DNA of 64,000 bases from Leptogorgia sarmentosa. Lineage: Eukaryota. This document shows, piece by piece, positions 35,966-50,463 of the stretch. How positions within the stretch are numbered: position 1 is the stretch's first letter; every line of letters starts with the position of its first letter. A model generated the notes under the pieces. The model was given only the letters and a program-made list of their open reading frames with translations. It was not told the origin of the DNA and ran no database searches. Where the stretch lies: positions 10,106,001 to 10,170,000 of the forward strand of contig OZ210885.1 of NCBI GenBank assembly GCA_964658305.1, in the 5' to 3' direction. The translations under genes and the position numbers were made by a program.

Positions 35966-37402
35966 CATATATTAGTCTTTCCTATTGAGCATTTTTCTAA
36001 AGAATTTGGCCCAAATTTTCCAAGTATGTTCACTTGTAGAATATTTTAGTATCAATCAGCATGTATTTGATTCTACTGTACTGAAACAATTTGTCAGAGT
36101 TGTTCTCAATCTCTGTGAAGTGATAAGTTAATATTTAATAAGCTCCTAAAGTAGAAATAATATTGATCAGGACTAAACAACAATACAATTAATATTAGTA
36201 GTACAGTTAATTATATAATTAATATTACTGTTCAAGTTCAATTTTAAACAATGTCAAATGCTCTGAAAGTGTACTGTAGTTACAGTGTAGTTAGTTCTGT
36301 AGTTACAGTAAATGCAGAATTGAACAAATTGTGGCAGACAAGCTTTTTATTTGTGCTTCATACCAGGTTTGTATTATTTATTATATGGTCTCTTCCATCT
36401 ATTTTGTTCTTATAGTCAAAATTGCATCTTGGCATAAAGTTTACAGTATATATTGTGTATTCATTATGCATTCATTAACTTTGTTGTTGTTGAAGACTCA
36501 TATAGTGGAATTTTAATTGAACTAAACAGAATGAAATTTACCTAAATAAATCAACACACTTGTTTTGACACTTTGACATTTTTAAGGAACATTATATAAG
36601 TTAATTTACGTGTTGTTGTTGTTTGTAAGGAAAAGATCAAGAAACTTCGAAGGACAAAAACCATAAAAAAGCACTATTTTGACAACTTAATTTATCTATT
36701 CGTTTGATATTTGTACAAAATTAAAAAAGCTTAAAACACGACCGTGTGTCTTTGTTGCGAAGAGTTCACAACAACACTTGACTTGATAGAGATTAGCAGA
36801 CACAAAATCAATACCGTAGACTAGTGATAAATTTTGACCACTTGTAAACTTATGCCTTTTAAGGATTGTCATTTTGCTTACATTCTTATATTCACAAGTG
36901 GATAAACATTGGACCATTCCAAAAAAATTCTTTCAGTACAACACGATTAAACTTTGTTTACAAGCCCATGCCATGGCCATATTATTGTTCATAATTGAAA
37001 ACAATATTAATATACTGTACCGGTAAACTATATCTAGAACAGCACTGCTGCCTACTGTCCAGGAACGAGTCAGAAACACAATATACAGTTGTGCATATAT
37101 CAATTTATCAAATTTAAAGTATAATTTCTCAGTAATTTCAATTCATCATTCGAACCAACGTCACTATAAAATAAAATCTAATTTTCTAAAATTTGATACA
37201 CTCGCTGGTGTAAAATAAAATCTAATTTTCTAAAATTTGATACACTTCTTGAGATGGTAACTTCGAAACAGTAAAAATATAGCATGCTGCTCAAGTTCAG
37301 TGACCTGGTCTGGCAGAAACATTATCTGTATGTACATTTACTATAACCCTGTGTATAGTAAATCTATGAATCTATAAATCAGACCTTTCGGTGATTTCCA
37401 CG

Positions 37403-38185
37403 CAAGGGCGTCAATCCGTCCCAAAAAGTGGGGGGGGGACCATAAGCGTACGGGCTACATTTTTTCAGGGGGGCAGAGAGATCTTTGCCCGAATTTGAGG
37501 GTAGTGAATGTCACGAGGCGCTACCACGGTTGGCGCCGAGCGAGAAATTTTTGAACTTTTACAACATCTGGATTGCTGGAAACGGCGATTTCAGAGTCCT
37601 AACTCCACTTTCTTGGTACGCTCGTTCAGGTGAACGACTGGAGGATTGTTGACATTATTTGAACTTTTTGGGGGGCAGTTGCCAATATAATTTAGGCAAG
37701 AAATTCGGCGGAATTATGGTAAAAATCGTTCCCAGAACGCTGAAAATGGTATTTGTGCATGTTTCAAATTTCAAAATTTTTCGGGGAAGATTGCCCCCAG
37801 ACCCTTCTAGAAAGGGGCACGTTTCATTACTATTTTACAACAGACAGATTTTTGTCCCCCCCCCCCCCATAGACGTACGAGGCGTGCCCCTTTCGTGCCC
37901 CATTGAACGTGTGTACGTGGCTGAGGTCCGTTTATTGCCTTTCCAATTAGGATTTCATTCGCAGAACTATTCGAAGGCTCCGAATAGTTTTCTTCTGATC
38001 TCAGATTGTTGATTGTACTTCACAATTCACGATGTATAGCATACAGGCATGGGGTTTTAAGATTACCAAAAAACAATTTTTTTTAAACATGATAAAAAGT
38101 GGGGGGATAATTAGATATTCGTCCCCCCCACTTCAAAAAGTGGGGGGGACACGTCCCCCCATCCCCCCCAGGATTGACGCCCTTG
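37403..38185. mobile_element. hAT-type MITE (783 bp)
   Basis: TIR CAAGGGCGTCAATCC...GGATTGACGCCCTTG; perfect 8-bp TSD TTTCCACG; empty paralogous site ATTTACACGAACAA at ~41675. Confidence 0.88.
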
Positions 38186-41100
38186 TTTCCACGAACAATT
38201 AAATGGGAGTTAATGTGTCTTAATATTGAGTAAAAATTATACACATGCTGGGACAGTTGCTGCAATGTATTAAAATGCTCCAAAATGTCTTTTTGTCAAA
38301 TTTCTGGTTGTGTAGTTTTTACTTTTTGATGGAGATTGACATCCTTGTAACATCAAAACATGATTGAATTCTTGTGGTATAAAGCAGCTATAAATATATG
38401 TAACACAAAACTTGTTTGCTGGACAAATAATAGAATTGTCTTCACTATTTAATAAATTTATATTAAGCATAATATAATTGTACTGAAAGAATGTGGGTTA
38501 GCAGAGCAAAAGCTAGAGGTTTTGGTGGTGTTTTTAGAGCAAGTGAAGACCCTGTGTAACAGGGAATGCTCTGGACTTATGTGCCATGCTAGGAATCACC
38601 AGCTAGGTCACAAACTACTGATGCAATATACAACTTGATGCATGCTGTACTACGTATAAAGTCAATGATGATAGGGTTAGAGTTTCTATATAATTTATTA
38701 ATGTATGTCTGAACACAGCTCGGCTTAGTCACTGCCAAGAAATTTGTATGGAATGGGTTGGAATGCCTTAGAGAAGCTATGGGAAAAATCATTAATGAAC
38801 GGGACAAAATTAGCCACTGAATTCACCAAAGTGTACAGTATATATTGTAATGAACACCCTGTTTAATGAGAAGGTGAATTTTGATAGACTTCTATCAGCC
38901 AACGTAATTGCTGATATTATTTCACTAATATTAAATCATGATTGTAACCTTGTCATATGAAATGCAGCTATGAATATTTGTAAGCAAATCTTGCTTAGTA
39001 AGCCATATTCCCCTCATGAGCAATTTCTATTAGCATTAGTAATATCAGTATTGAAAAATTCCGTGTTAACAGAGCGAAAACTTTTAGGTTTTGCTGGAGT
39101 TTTCAGCAAATAAATTCTGATAGGGATATAAACTCGCTTGAAATGGCAATCAATACAATCATGTATGGCAAAATATAAACGTAGGTACAGCATGAAGATT
39201 TAGATTCCGGCTTTGGTCCTTCGCAGTTCGTTCATTATTTCGAGCATATTATACCTATTTGTAACCTTATTACGGCTGAATATATTTGTTCCGTCATTTG
39301 TGTCGTTCATGTCTAACGTATTTTCCTTTCAACGGGTATATTGGTTTCCTAACACACGGCATCTTCGCAGCTCTGTGACGGGAAATTCTACGGGAATTTC
39401 TTTGGTTTACTAGACATTTAAATCAAACTCACCTCATTTGTTATTCCCTGCCCCGCTTTCAATTATTCGTCAATGTAGTATGATTGCGATTATATTGACA
39501 GAGAACGAAATACATGAAACTCACTGCTACAATAAAGCACAGACTGGCTAAAATATTAAAACTCTGAGTGTAATCAGAACATGGCTTGAGAAAAGGGGAA
39601 ATCCCTTTCAATTTCCGGCAGATTAAAATTCAGCCTGCGAGAAATTGAGAATGCCTTGGAAAATAGTTTTAAAATTCCTTGAATTTTCCTTTATTTTCTA
39701 TCAATATGTCACTTCGATTTCTCTATCGTGCTACCATCAGACGTGAAAGTCAAACATATTTTATAACCATATTGTATACAAAGAGAAAATGACGGTAACA
39801 CATCTATCTAAGGCTTAAAATGTCGTTTGTGAAATTCAGGTAGAGTTATGACTTTTGCTGCCTTTATTTCACTAAATACATCACAGTTGCCCACATTTCA
39901 CTAAGACCTCTGCTCTAAAATATCATCTTGGAGGCTCAAAATGAAAGTGGAGATTAATCACAGTCTACGTAGCCAAGAGCTATGCGATAGTACCCCCATT
40001 ACAATCTCTAAATTTTTATCCTAACTACAGCGCGCAACTCAAACTTCATCTGATATACCAGAATATGATTTTTAATTTCTGCACATTCACTGCGGATCAG
40101 TATAGATAGTATCGTGCAAAATATAACGCGAAACCTTCTCAGCATAAGCAATTTTGCGTGCCATTCTTGATCGGTAATCCCTTCGATTTGTAAGCGTGGA
40201 TTATACAGTCTTCCTATATTCTTGTTAGCATATTATAACCCAGCAAAAAATTGAGGAAGCTACAGCTCACTCTGGGCCATGGGCTCTGCTGCGCTTGTAG
40301 AAAATAGTTGGAATTTCTCCTATGATATTTTTAAAGACTTTGTATTCTACTCTACATTGCAAAGGCATATCCGCGAGTACACGCAGTCTGCATTCCGCAG
40401 TAATCGCATTGGCCGAGTCAAGCTAGGAATGTTACATTTCGATCGAAATATTTTTAATACAGCAAATATCGTTTTATATCATAACGTAGAGTCTTTACCG
40501 TGGAAAAGTACGAAACATAAAAGCGTAAAGATTTTTGTTCCATAACAATGATCTTCTATGAATTTAATTGAGAAGAAGAACGCGTGGTGAACCCATGAGT
40601 AAACACACTAAATTGCAATTCATCTTGATACTGTAGGTCATATTATTTATTATTCAAATTTTCTGATGCCATACAATTTTATTTGTCAAATGGAAACCAC
40701 TTTCTTGCTTACTCATCATAACTTAATGTGAAACAAATTTCATTGGCAGATCTTGATCAACGTATTTTTCAAGTTAAATCCTCACTACAATATCACTTGA
40801 GTGGCAAGCTAAAACATTACATCTGGCAAATATCTGTCTCAACGCGTCTTTGCGCACAATAGCTAATCTCAACGGCTTTCAATGTCAAGTATGCTTGATA
40901 TTATTGTAGCTACGATCTTTTCAGTGATGTGAGATAAAGCAAAACAGAAAAACGATGTAATAAATGATTTGGTGATTGTAATAAATGTAGTGGTGTCCAA
41001 AAGAATGAGGCCGTAGTTGTTATGGACAATTCGCATTGGGAACATTTCTTTGAAGCCGCGACACATATGACATGAAATAATGATATTTGATACGAATTGT

Positions 41101-41384
41101 GTTCATAATGTGCTAGACTGACACAGCTAGCTAGCAACCGAAATGTTTTCAATTGCATGAAGCGCATAAAACGTCTTTAAGGCAACGTGAATGCTCACTC
41201 CAATAGCTGCACTTAGGGATGGAAAATAACCACTCATTCAATGTCGTCTCTATCAATCACGTTATTCATTTATAAGTGGAACTGCTAAATCTTCTAGTCC
41301 GACTTAGCCTACCTCGAGGTTCATAAGTCCATAAAGTTCCGCATTTTTGTATCGCAGCTGATTAAACCCTGATTTACGTCTGCG

Positions 41385-41690
41385 TTGTGCATATTATATA
41401 AATTTATCAAATTTAAAGTCATTTCTCAGTGATTCCAATTCATCATTCGAACCAACTTACAATTTACACATTAAATACTCTCGCGGGTGTCTTAGCACAC
41501 AGTCCACTTCGTTCCCTCTTGAGATGGTAACTTCGAAATAGTAAAAATATAGTATGCTGCTCAAGTTCAGTGACCTGGTCTGGCAGAAACATTATCTGTA
41601 TGTACATTTACTATAACTCTGTGTATAGTAAATCTATGAATCTAGAAATCAGGATCAAGACCTTGCGGTGCCGGATTTACACGAACAAAG
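41385..41690 (+). repeat. Local duplication of ~37090-37400
   Basis: Near-identical CTTGAGATGGTAACTTCGAAA...AAATCTATGAATCTA block; ~40340-40560 also resembles ~42100-42330. Confidence 0.8.
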
Positions 41691-43107
41691 GCAACTGATA
41701 CTTGTAGGTGAATCTGCAGATATCTCACATCATAACAGTGAGAATATTTCAGCGCATATTATGAAATTTCACACTAATAATCAGTCATTATATCAGTGCA
41801 TTACATAGGAGCGATATGTAAAAATTATGTTAGGTTAACCTTTTCAGTTTTAAAACCTACAATATTTTTGCAAATACTTCCAAATCATTCTGAGTCATGT
41901 CTCGTATTGCATATTTGAATAAATATGAGTAGACCTTGTCTGTGCTTTTGCCTTGTCTTTATGATTATGCAAGCTATAACAATAACATGTGTAGGTAGCA
42001 TTATATAACACGCTGAAACGGGAAAATATTCAATTCGAATCCACACATTTATCCATCTTAAAACAATTCATGTTTCTCGTATTGTATAGCATATTTGAAG
42101 ATCATTTTGCACCACATTCCAAAGGCATTTGCGAGTGTACACAGTCTGCATTCCACAATAATCGCGTTGGCTAATTGACACTAGAAATATTATGTTTCTT
42201 ACCTTTATTTGAGTACGTCTATCGCAACATTTTGAATAAATCTTTTCTTGTGCTATATCGTACGGTCTTTACGTTCAAAGTACTAAACATAAAAGTGTAA
42301 AGACTTCGGATCCCAAATAGATAATCTTCTTTTAGTTTCAAAATGAAAGCGGAAATAAAGCATTAGGCTGCACGTATGCCAAGAGCAATGCGAGAAAATA
42401 TTGAAACCTGACACGTTGAAAATACATGGCATGTTGCCTGGGAAACAAATAAAACTTCAATCAAGAGTATCGAAAGGGGGTTAAAATACGCAGTTTAATT
42501 TCCTCACAGTTGACTATGGCCTCTTTCTACTACGTACGACTTGTGTTAATTATAAATTGCATTGCACATCATTTTGCCTGGCTGTAATAGTTTAATTAGT
42601 TGGTGTAACTGTAAAATTATGACTTGAAAAACATTCAAAATTAGTAATAGATACCATATAGTGTCATAGATTAACTCGGAATAAAAATAGGTGTGGAAAT
42701 CAAGCTTTATTATTTTACTTTGATGTCAGATGATATTACGAACTCACCAAAAAGAAAGCGATGCTTATCAAGTATCTTAGGACACATTGTAATGCTAGAC
42801 AATTCATATTTCGCTCGACAAGCGAAAACCACTGTGTTTTTAACGAGTTAGCAAAAAAAGTCATCCAGAATGCTCAGTTAGATCATTAAGCTGCAATATG
42901 GCCTGATACAGCCTTCTCAATCAACCAATAACTAATGGCGTAATCTTAACTCCTGAGCTAACCTTAATGCAAGCACTTGAATATTTTTGCGGAACTTCTC
43001 AAGGTCTCCGCCACACTGGTTCTACACAAATTCAACGCTCAAGGGACTGTATTCTATCGATTTTTGTATCTGCGTGACGTAGTGACGCAGATATATTGCT
43101 ATCGAGT

Positions 43108-43177
43108 TGTTAGCTGTTAGCTGTTAGCTGTTAGCTGTTAGCTGTTAGCTGTTAGCTGTTAGCTGTTAACTGTTAGC
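43108..43177 (+). repeat. (CTGTTAG)n heptamer microsatellite
   Basis: About 10 units followed by AGCCAATCAGCGA. Confidence 0.95.
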
Positions 43178-44508
43178 TTGCAGCCAATCAGCGAATTCGT
43201 TAGTTAAATTTAGCCAATAGGCGACAACGTAACATTGAGATGACGTAATTCTCACTGAGCCCACCCGCAAATTTAAGGGAACCAACGTGGAGTTCTTGCG
43301 GGCTAAATATTACAAAATGGCGGCTGGTATGGGCGCGAGCTAAAGAGCGGTGATGTACGTGTTTGTCTGTTTGATCGTGGATTTTGTTTCGCATAAATAT
43401 CCTGATAAAAAGAAATATAATGTTCGCAGCGACGAGTGACTTCAGTGAAATAGAGGTTAATTTATGAGCGTTTACGCCGTTTAGAACACTATTTATACTA
43501 AGGAAATTTATACGCAAAAATATCATGACGCAAATTGCAGACATTGGCATTACTTTTAAAGATATTAATTAAAGAGGTTCGCGTTCGCTATGCAATTTAG
43601 ATCATCAAAGCAAAAATATCATGACGCAATTTATACAACGGAACACAGCAAATATTTAAGGTTATGAAAGAGTTTAATGACTTGACACAATTGCGCGTAT
43701 ATTTTCCCTACGATACTTTAGCGTGTCGGAACTGTCGCACTGACACACTGTACATGTTTGGACTGCCCGCGATGTCATTGTGATCACGGAATATCTACTA
43801 TATTTTGACGCTTCGCCATACGGAATGGTTGAAACACTCAATCCCAGGAAAATAGATTTCGTAGCTTGTAATAACACGGGTTTGTGCGTTTATTAAGCGC
43901 GAGACAAAACAAACGAAATCATATATAGTTTCAAGTATTCTGTTTTGAACCTACGTGTACTGCGCATACCGATCATACATACACTTTAGCGTCTACGCAA
44001 ATGCGCATGAATGGACGGAATATATTGTATATAAATATATTATTATGATACGGTATTGAAAAGGGTAAATTTGGTTTTTAGAGAGCCACATTTTTCACAA
44101 ACAATCGCAAAGCGCTGTGTCTATTTTAAAGACGCAATAACATAAAATGCGATATCATATGTCGTCAAGTTTCAATTCCTTATGCAATTTGATATATGAT
44201 CGCAGGAATTCCGGAATGCGAGATAGTCATGAAAGCTTATATCAAGTATTGAATACGTCTCCGCACAACCTGTCAACCTCACGTCTTGAAAGGAATTACT
44301 ATTTGCGCCATTCGCCTATTCCCTAGCAGTAAACCATTTTATACATGCAAGATCGCGTATTAGGGACAGATAAGATGCGTGTATCGAAAAGCTGAAAACA
44401 AATAAGACTTGATCATCAAGCATTTCAAGCTACATAGGCGCAGATACATGTACACTTTGTGTACCTATTTTTGTATCTGCGAACGCAGATACTATGCTAT
44501 GATCTTTC

Positions 44509-44575
44509 AGCTGTTAGCTGTTAGCTGTTAGCTGTTAGCTGTTAGCTGTTAGCTGTTAGCTGTTAGCTGTTAGCT
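44509..44575 (+). repeat. (CTGTTAG)n heptamer microsatellite, second copy with the same flanks
   Basis: About 9 units; preceded by GTATCTGCG..CGCAGATA hairpin and followed by AGCCAATCAGCGA, as at 43060-43195. Confidence 0.95.
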
Positions 44576-45549
44576 TCTAGCCAATCAGCGACGAGCTTTT
44601 GCTTATAATTACGTAATGCAAGATGGCGGCGTTCGAGGAGTGAAGGCGATGTTCGATCGGATTTTTGCGAAAATGTGAAGTGCAGTGTTTAAGTACGACG
44701 CTTTAAGCAAACAATCTTGACTTTGCAGGTCCCTGTCAATGTGCAGTTGTAATTTAACAAAGGATTTGAAACGGCAGCGTGCTGTTTTATCGGCCTTTCG
44801 ATTTGTAAATTGAAAATGCGTACAGAGCACACTGTCCAGATGGCCGACCCATGAACGGTTTTGTCACAGCACGCTATATAAAAACTGGATACATTCTGCT
44901 GAAGTAGCCTGTTCGCAGGTTAAATCTAATCATATTCAAGATGGCGGTCAAAATTGAAATAAGGCCAAAACGATATAATTAAATAATTTAATGGCATTTA
45001 CATGTAATATTAGGTAATCCCACGATATTCAGTATAAAGCCATAGTTTTATGCATATTGGAGGCGCGAAGAAAGTTTTTTCCCAAGGAATTTCCTCGTAT
45101 TTTTCACGAAAGAGTCGAAGGAGGAAGGTGAGAAATGCTGTATATGAGAACAGTCAACACTAACTAAACATCGCTTATTTAATAAGACAGTTTAGGTTTA
45201 TTTATTGCTTGCAAACCAATACTTTAGCGGTAGATTTAAGCGCAACCTGGACTTTTTAGCATGTCCGATTGCGCTTTCCGACGACTCATCCGTCAGTTCT
45301 GCTTCACCATTCGCAGATACATGTGCGCTTCGCGAACCTATTTTTATTCATTGGGAAAAGATTCTATTTAGAAGTGTATCTCACTACGACCTGACGACAA
45401 CTGATCATGTTACAATTTTACCCCTACAATTATATTATTGAATTACAATTAATCACTGTGACGTATTTTAGTTGTTATATACATGTTTGTATGAAGTATG
45501 CTACCAGAAGTAACTGCTGAGCGGGAAGCTGGTGGCGCTGCGCTGGGCA

Positions 45550-48500
45550 CTTACAACACCCCACCCACCTTGATTCATAAAGGTCTATGAATCAAGCATC
45601 GCCCTTGTCTTCGCTTTTGAAATTACTGCAGCAGCTCGTCTCGTACGATCATGCAAATCATGCAAGGAGCCCTCTGACTCAGCTGGGGCTGTACTCCCTA
45701 CCTCCCCATTTCCACCCGGTCGAGCTTGGATCTCTAATGGGTAAAGTTTTTGTACCGGTCTTTTTAGGTATACTGGTCTACCCTTTCCCGCTACTCTTAC
45801 CTTGGCACCCCTAACTTCCTTGTCTTTACCTACAATTAACTCTTCCACTCTGGCTAATTTCCAGCTACCTCGTTTATCTCCTTCCCCGTACACTGTCACT
45901 ATGTCTCCCTTACTCACACCCTTACTCGCCTGCTTACTCCTACATCTATGGAATTCTCTTAGCCCTACAAGGTACTCTCCTTTCCACCTCTTCCAAAAGT
46001 GCTGCAGCTTCAAGGTTATGTACTTGAATCGTTCTCCACAGCTATTTTCCTCTCTGCCTCCTTCTCTTTGTGGTATGAAATTGATTGCTCTACCGTGCAT
46101 AAGATGCGATGGCGTTAAAGCTTCTCCCTCAAATTCCTCGTACTCATCCGTCAACGGTCTAGCATTTAAGGTACCCTCTATCTCTACTAGTACTGTGACG
46201 AGTTCCTCCACTGTTAGTTTTGCGTTGCCCAGGACCTTCCTAAGACATCGCTTAACACTCCGAACCATTCGTTCAAAAAACCCGCCCCACCAAGGCGCCC
46301 TTTCTAAGTTAAATCTCCATGTAACCCGTTTGGTTTGTAGCTCCGCTTTAACCTTAGGTTGGTTGAATAGCCTTCTAACGGCCTGTTCCGCTGCTTTAAA
46401 CGTCTTCGCGTTATCCGATACTATTAGGCTGGGCATTCCCCTTCTAGCGGCAAATCTGCGTAGACAACATACAAATGTTTCCGCGGATAAGTCCCTAACC
46501 AATTCCAAATGTATTGCTCTCGTCACACAGCAGGAGAAAAATTAACAGTTATTCTGCGAACTCGAGTCGTATATGCCCTGATACGACGAGAGTGAGCAGA
46601 ATAACTGTTTTATTATGTACACAAGCGCTTGACAAAAACAACTTCCAAATTTATTTGTATTTTATTAATAACTGAATATAATTTCAAAGTGTTCTATCGC
46701 TTTGAAATCGACATACTTGTATTTACAAAAACAGTTTTACTTGATAAATACACACCAAAAAGCACGGTAAAAATAGGAATTAAAATAGTCAACGTTACGT
46801 TTAAACTATAGCTAGTTTTAAATTTCAGCAGTTTTCATCTGTATTATTCTGCATTTGAAAGTACAACACAAATTTTACAGTTGTAAAATGTCAACAAACA
46901 GCAACAAGCGATCCAACTCAATCAAGCGATGAATTTTATAGCGTCGAGTCCGGTTTTCCAGATTCAAAACTGCACAATTAACATTTACTCACTAAACTTC
47001 TTGAATTTTATTCTTTTAATCGATCGCAAAGACGTTTTTAACTGTTGAAAACTTTAATTCCGGCTTCGCTCTTTCAGCCATTTTGTTTGTTTTTCTCTAC
47101 TAGCAGGATATGAGCTAATATCCTGCTAGTAGGGAGCCAATCAGATTGCAGAATAGCTCATATCCAGCGCTTGTGTATATAATAATGCTATATATACCTT
47201 GCGGGAACACTTCGTGCTACACCTCACGAACAATGGGCCTGCGAAATCTATTCCCACCTTTGAAAATGGTGCAGCTTCTCTAACTCGAAACTCTGGTAAA
47301 TCTGCTGTCCACGCTACACTATAGGGTTTTCCTTCTAATTTTTTACAAGTGACACATTTACCTAAAACTCTCTTTACCGCTTGTCTTCCCTTCACCACCC
47401 AATATTTTGTTCTTAATCTGCTTAAGGTTGCCCGCACTCCACAATGATGCACTTCATTGTGACAGACACTTCTGAATGAGCAATTCCGTCAACCTATGTT
47501 TCTTTGGTATTATTAGTGGGTGTATGGTGTCAAACTCCAAATCTGAGTTCTTCAATCGACCTTTACATATCAGAATACCATTCTCCTCTATCAACCCTAA
47601 ACTATTGCTTAGTTGGTCGTACTTCCTTTCTGCTTTCAACTCTGCCTGTGCCTCTCGAATCCACAACTTCTCTGCCCCTACTAGCTCATTTACACGCAGT
47701 TCTCCACTACGTCTTTCCGTTTTCTTTGCCTTGGCCCGTGCATTGAAACCAAACCGTAGTATCCATGCCGTAATCCTAAAAAGTCGCTCTGCTGTCCCAT
47801 AATTACTTATGTTCAACACACTCCTTACCCCTAATGGCTCCCTCACCTCTAAAACCATTACTGCTGACTTTCGTTTCTCTTCTACGACTGTGGGGCTATT
47901 ATTGGTAGCCTCAAATTTTGGCCACTCCTCTCTGGTCTTAGTGAGCCAGTCAGGGCCCACCCACTATAGCTGACTCTGCTTTAATTCCGAAGCAACTAAA
48001 CCTCTTGACCCTATGTCGGCAGCATTCTCCCTCCCGGGACAATGACCCCAGTCTCCCTTGTTCGTTAGCTTCAAGATTTCATTCACCCGATGGTGGACAA
48101 ATTGTTTCCACTCACCCTTATTCATTATCCAGTAGAGTGCTGTCATGCTATCAAGCCAGAACTTGGTACCATCTACCCTGACCTGGTTATGAAGTGAAAC
48201 CTTTACTGAATTCATGACTTGTGCTAACAATCTTGCTGACATTAACTCTAACCTCGGGATACTAGTTGTTTTTAATGGTGCTACTCTTGCCTTGGATGTC
48301 AGCAAGCGAACGTATACACCTACGTCGGTACGATAAACAAAATATATCACCGCGCTGTAGGCTTTCTTGCTTGCATCCCCAAATCCATGCAAAGTACACT
48401 CCAAAATATGTTCTGCTGGATGTTGGTATAGGCAGCGAGGAGTGTTAAGCTCCTTTGTCACTATCAAGTCCTTATACCACCCCTCCCACCTCTTCAATAC

Positions 48501-50030
48501 TTCCCCTGAGAATTTCTCATCCCAATCAAGCTTATCCTTACATACATCCTGAAACAAAATCTTTGCACATACATTCACTGGACTAATTAACCCAAGAGGA
48601 TCAAATAGACTTGCCAAAACACTTAGTAAATTCCGCTTTGTGGGTGACAGCGTTTTTGCCTTTTCTCCTATCCTAACAATATCAATTTTCGTTTTTGCCT
48701 TTTCTCCTATCCTAACAATATTCATTCCTTTTATTATCCCACGCCTGACCTAAAACTTTGTGGCACTTCGTCTCGCATCCTGTCATTCCCAGAGATAGTT
48801 TGGCATATGACTCGTGGTCCCCAACAATGTGTTTGTTACCACATCGGTTGTTCTCATGCACTCCAATTTTTCCCTGCAACGTGCTACTGTTAGTGAACCA
48901 CTTTCTTAGTTTAAATCCCCCCTCTGCCATCCTACCTGTAGCCTTATCATACAACTCAAATGCCTTCTCTACTGTGCTCTCCCTACTAACTAAATCATCT
49001 ACATAGAAACTTTCCAACACTCTCTGCACAAATCGTGGATCTCTTTCAAGATACTTCGATACATGATGTCTTATTGTTGCATTAAGCAAAAACGGTGATG
49101 CATTTAAGCCAAAAACTACTCGACAAAACCGATATACAACTGTTTCTAACCTTTCACTCTCAATATCACCCACCCACAAAAACCTCAAGCAGTCTCGATC
49201 TGCCTCATTAACCTCCACATTCAAAAATGCCTTCTCAATGTCGCCTACAAGTGCAATTCTGTTTTCTCTAAACCGTATCAATATGCTATACAACAAGGGA
49301 TTAAGTGATGGCCCTACATGTAAGCAATCATTAAGCGATGTCCCTGATTTACATTCCTTTGATGAAGCGTCATAAACAACGCGGAAATTTGTGGTCACTG
49401 CATCCTTGCGAATAACTGCTTGGTGTGGAAGGTAATGAACCCTATCAACTTTCTCCAACTCTGCTACTGGTTCCACAATCCCTCGCTCTACCTGATCTCT
49501 AATGATTGAATCATATTCCTTCAATAATTCTGGCTCCCTTTTCAGTCTTCGCATCTGATTCTTCATTCTACCTAAGATTCTACCTAAGCTGTTCACATAG
49601 TTGTCTGGCAATTTGTCATGGCCTTCCTTCCACGGCAATTTTACAGAATATCTGGTGCCTGTGAATGATATGCTGTCTAGAAATTCCTCATGAGTCTTAT
49701 CTTCTTCAACAATGCCTAGCCCTTCAAAACTCCACAATTTCTGGATGTTACTCTCTAAGCTATCCTCCTGATTCATTCTTTGACCCACAAAATTTACGTG
49801 AGCAGACTCCACCTTATCTATGTCTGGCAACCTCAGAGGCCCTGAAAAAACCCATCCCAAGTTGGTTTCTATGGCAACTGGATCTCCTGATTTACCTCTC
49901 CTTGTCAACACAGTCTGAAAATTCCACAAGTAATCTGCCCCTATCAACACATCTACTTCTAGCTCATTCTGGGACCTTGAGACATCTGAAAACCATATAC
50001 CTTTCAGAATCAAGTTCCTTGCTAGTTCAT
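45550..50030 (-). mobile_element. pol: BEL/Pao LTR retrotransposon, 5'-truncated and disrupted (protease C-part, RT, RNase H, integrase)
   Basis: YLPHQAV, RVVYDAS, DIEKAF, FGLNASPFLL, YVDD (48712-50030); LHGFGDASKKAY, IPRLEL (47964-48725); HHCG..CVTC, GIDFAGP (47141-47452); SDNAKTF, APWWGGFFERMV, FWKRWKGEYL, RPVQKLYPLE (45585-46526); purine-rich tract GGTGGGTGGGG followed by TGTTG at ~45570-45554. Stop codons, frameshifts and a 39-bp duplication at ~48651-48720. Confidence 0.95.
46541..47183. mobile_element. Non-autonomous insertion splitting the BEL integrase
   Basis: Removing it rejoins RKVYIAL to FSCCVTRAIHLE; internal inverted repeats AACAGTTATTCTGC / GCAGAATAACTGTT and CTACTAGCAGGATAT / ATATCCTGCTAGTAG. 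Confidence 0.8.
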
Positions 50031-50221
50031 GATCAGCAAATGATTTTTTCGATGAAATGATAATGACCAAATCATTTTTTTATGGAGAAGCAAGACATGT
50101 CAACAAGGACTTAAATACAGAAAACACCAAAAGAATGGGTAAGAGGGATCGAGCTAGTATAATAGCAATGGTTTTGCTAATTTCTCGAATTGCATAATTT
50201 TTCCTTCTCTCGCAAGTATTA

Positions 50222-50293
50222 TTCCCATGGCGGGAATCGAACCCGGGCCTTGGCGGCGAGAGCGCCAGATCCTGACCACTAGACTACATGGGA
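50222..50293 (-). tRNA. tRNA-Glu(CTC), variant/possible pseudogene
   Basis: Paralog of 2126-2197 with shared flanks; loop CT-CTC-GC. Confidence 0.7.
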
Positions 50294-50390
50294 GAAACAT
50301 TTTATCTTTTCTCGGAATGTGAAAATAACGATAATATTTTTAATTTAAATTTGGAAGAAAATTTCGAAAGACAGCGTGGCCAGAAGTGCT

Positions 50391-50463
50391 GGACCTTGAA
50401 GTGAATTGAACACTTAACCTTCTGATCTGGAGTCAGACGCGCTACCAATTGCGCCACAAGGTC
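50391..50463 (-). tRNA. tRNA-Trp(CCA)
   Basis: GACCTTGTGGCGCAATTGGTAGCGCGTCTGACT-CCA-GATCAGAAGGTTAAGTGTTCAATTCACTTCAAGGTC. Confidence 0.85.

Noticed and set aside
45802..46545. 247-aa plus-strand ORF, and other antisense ORFs such as 31202-31726
   Set aside because: Antisense shadows of the integrase and NACHT coding regions.
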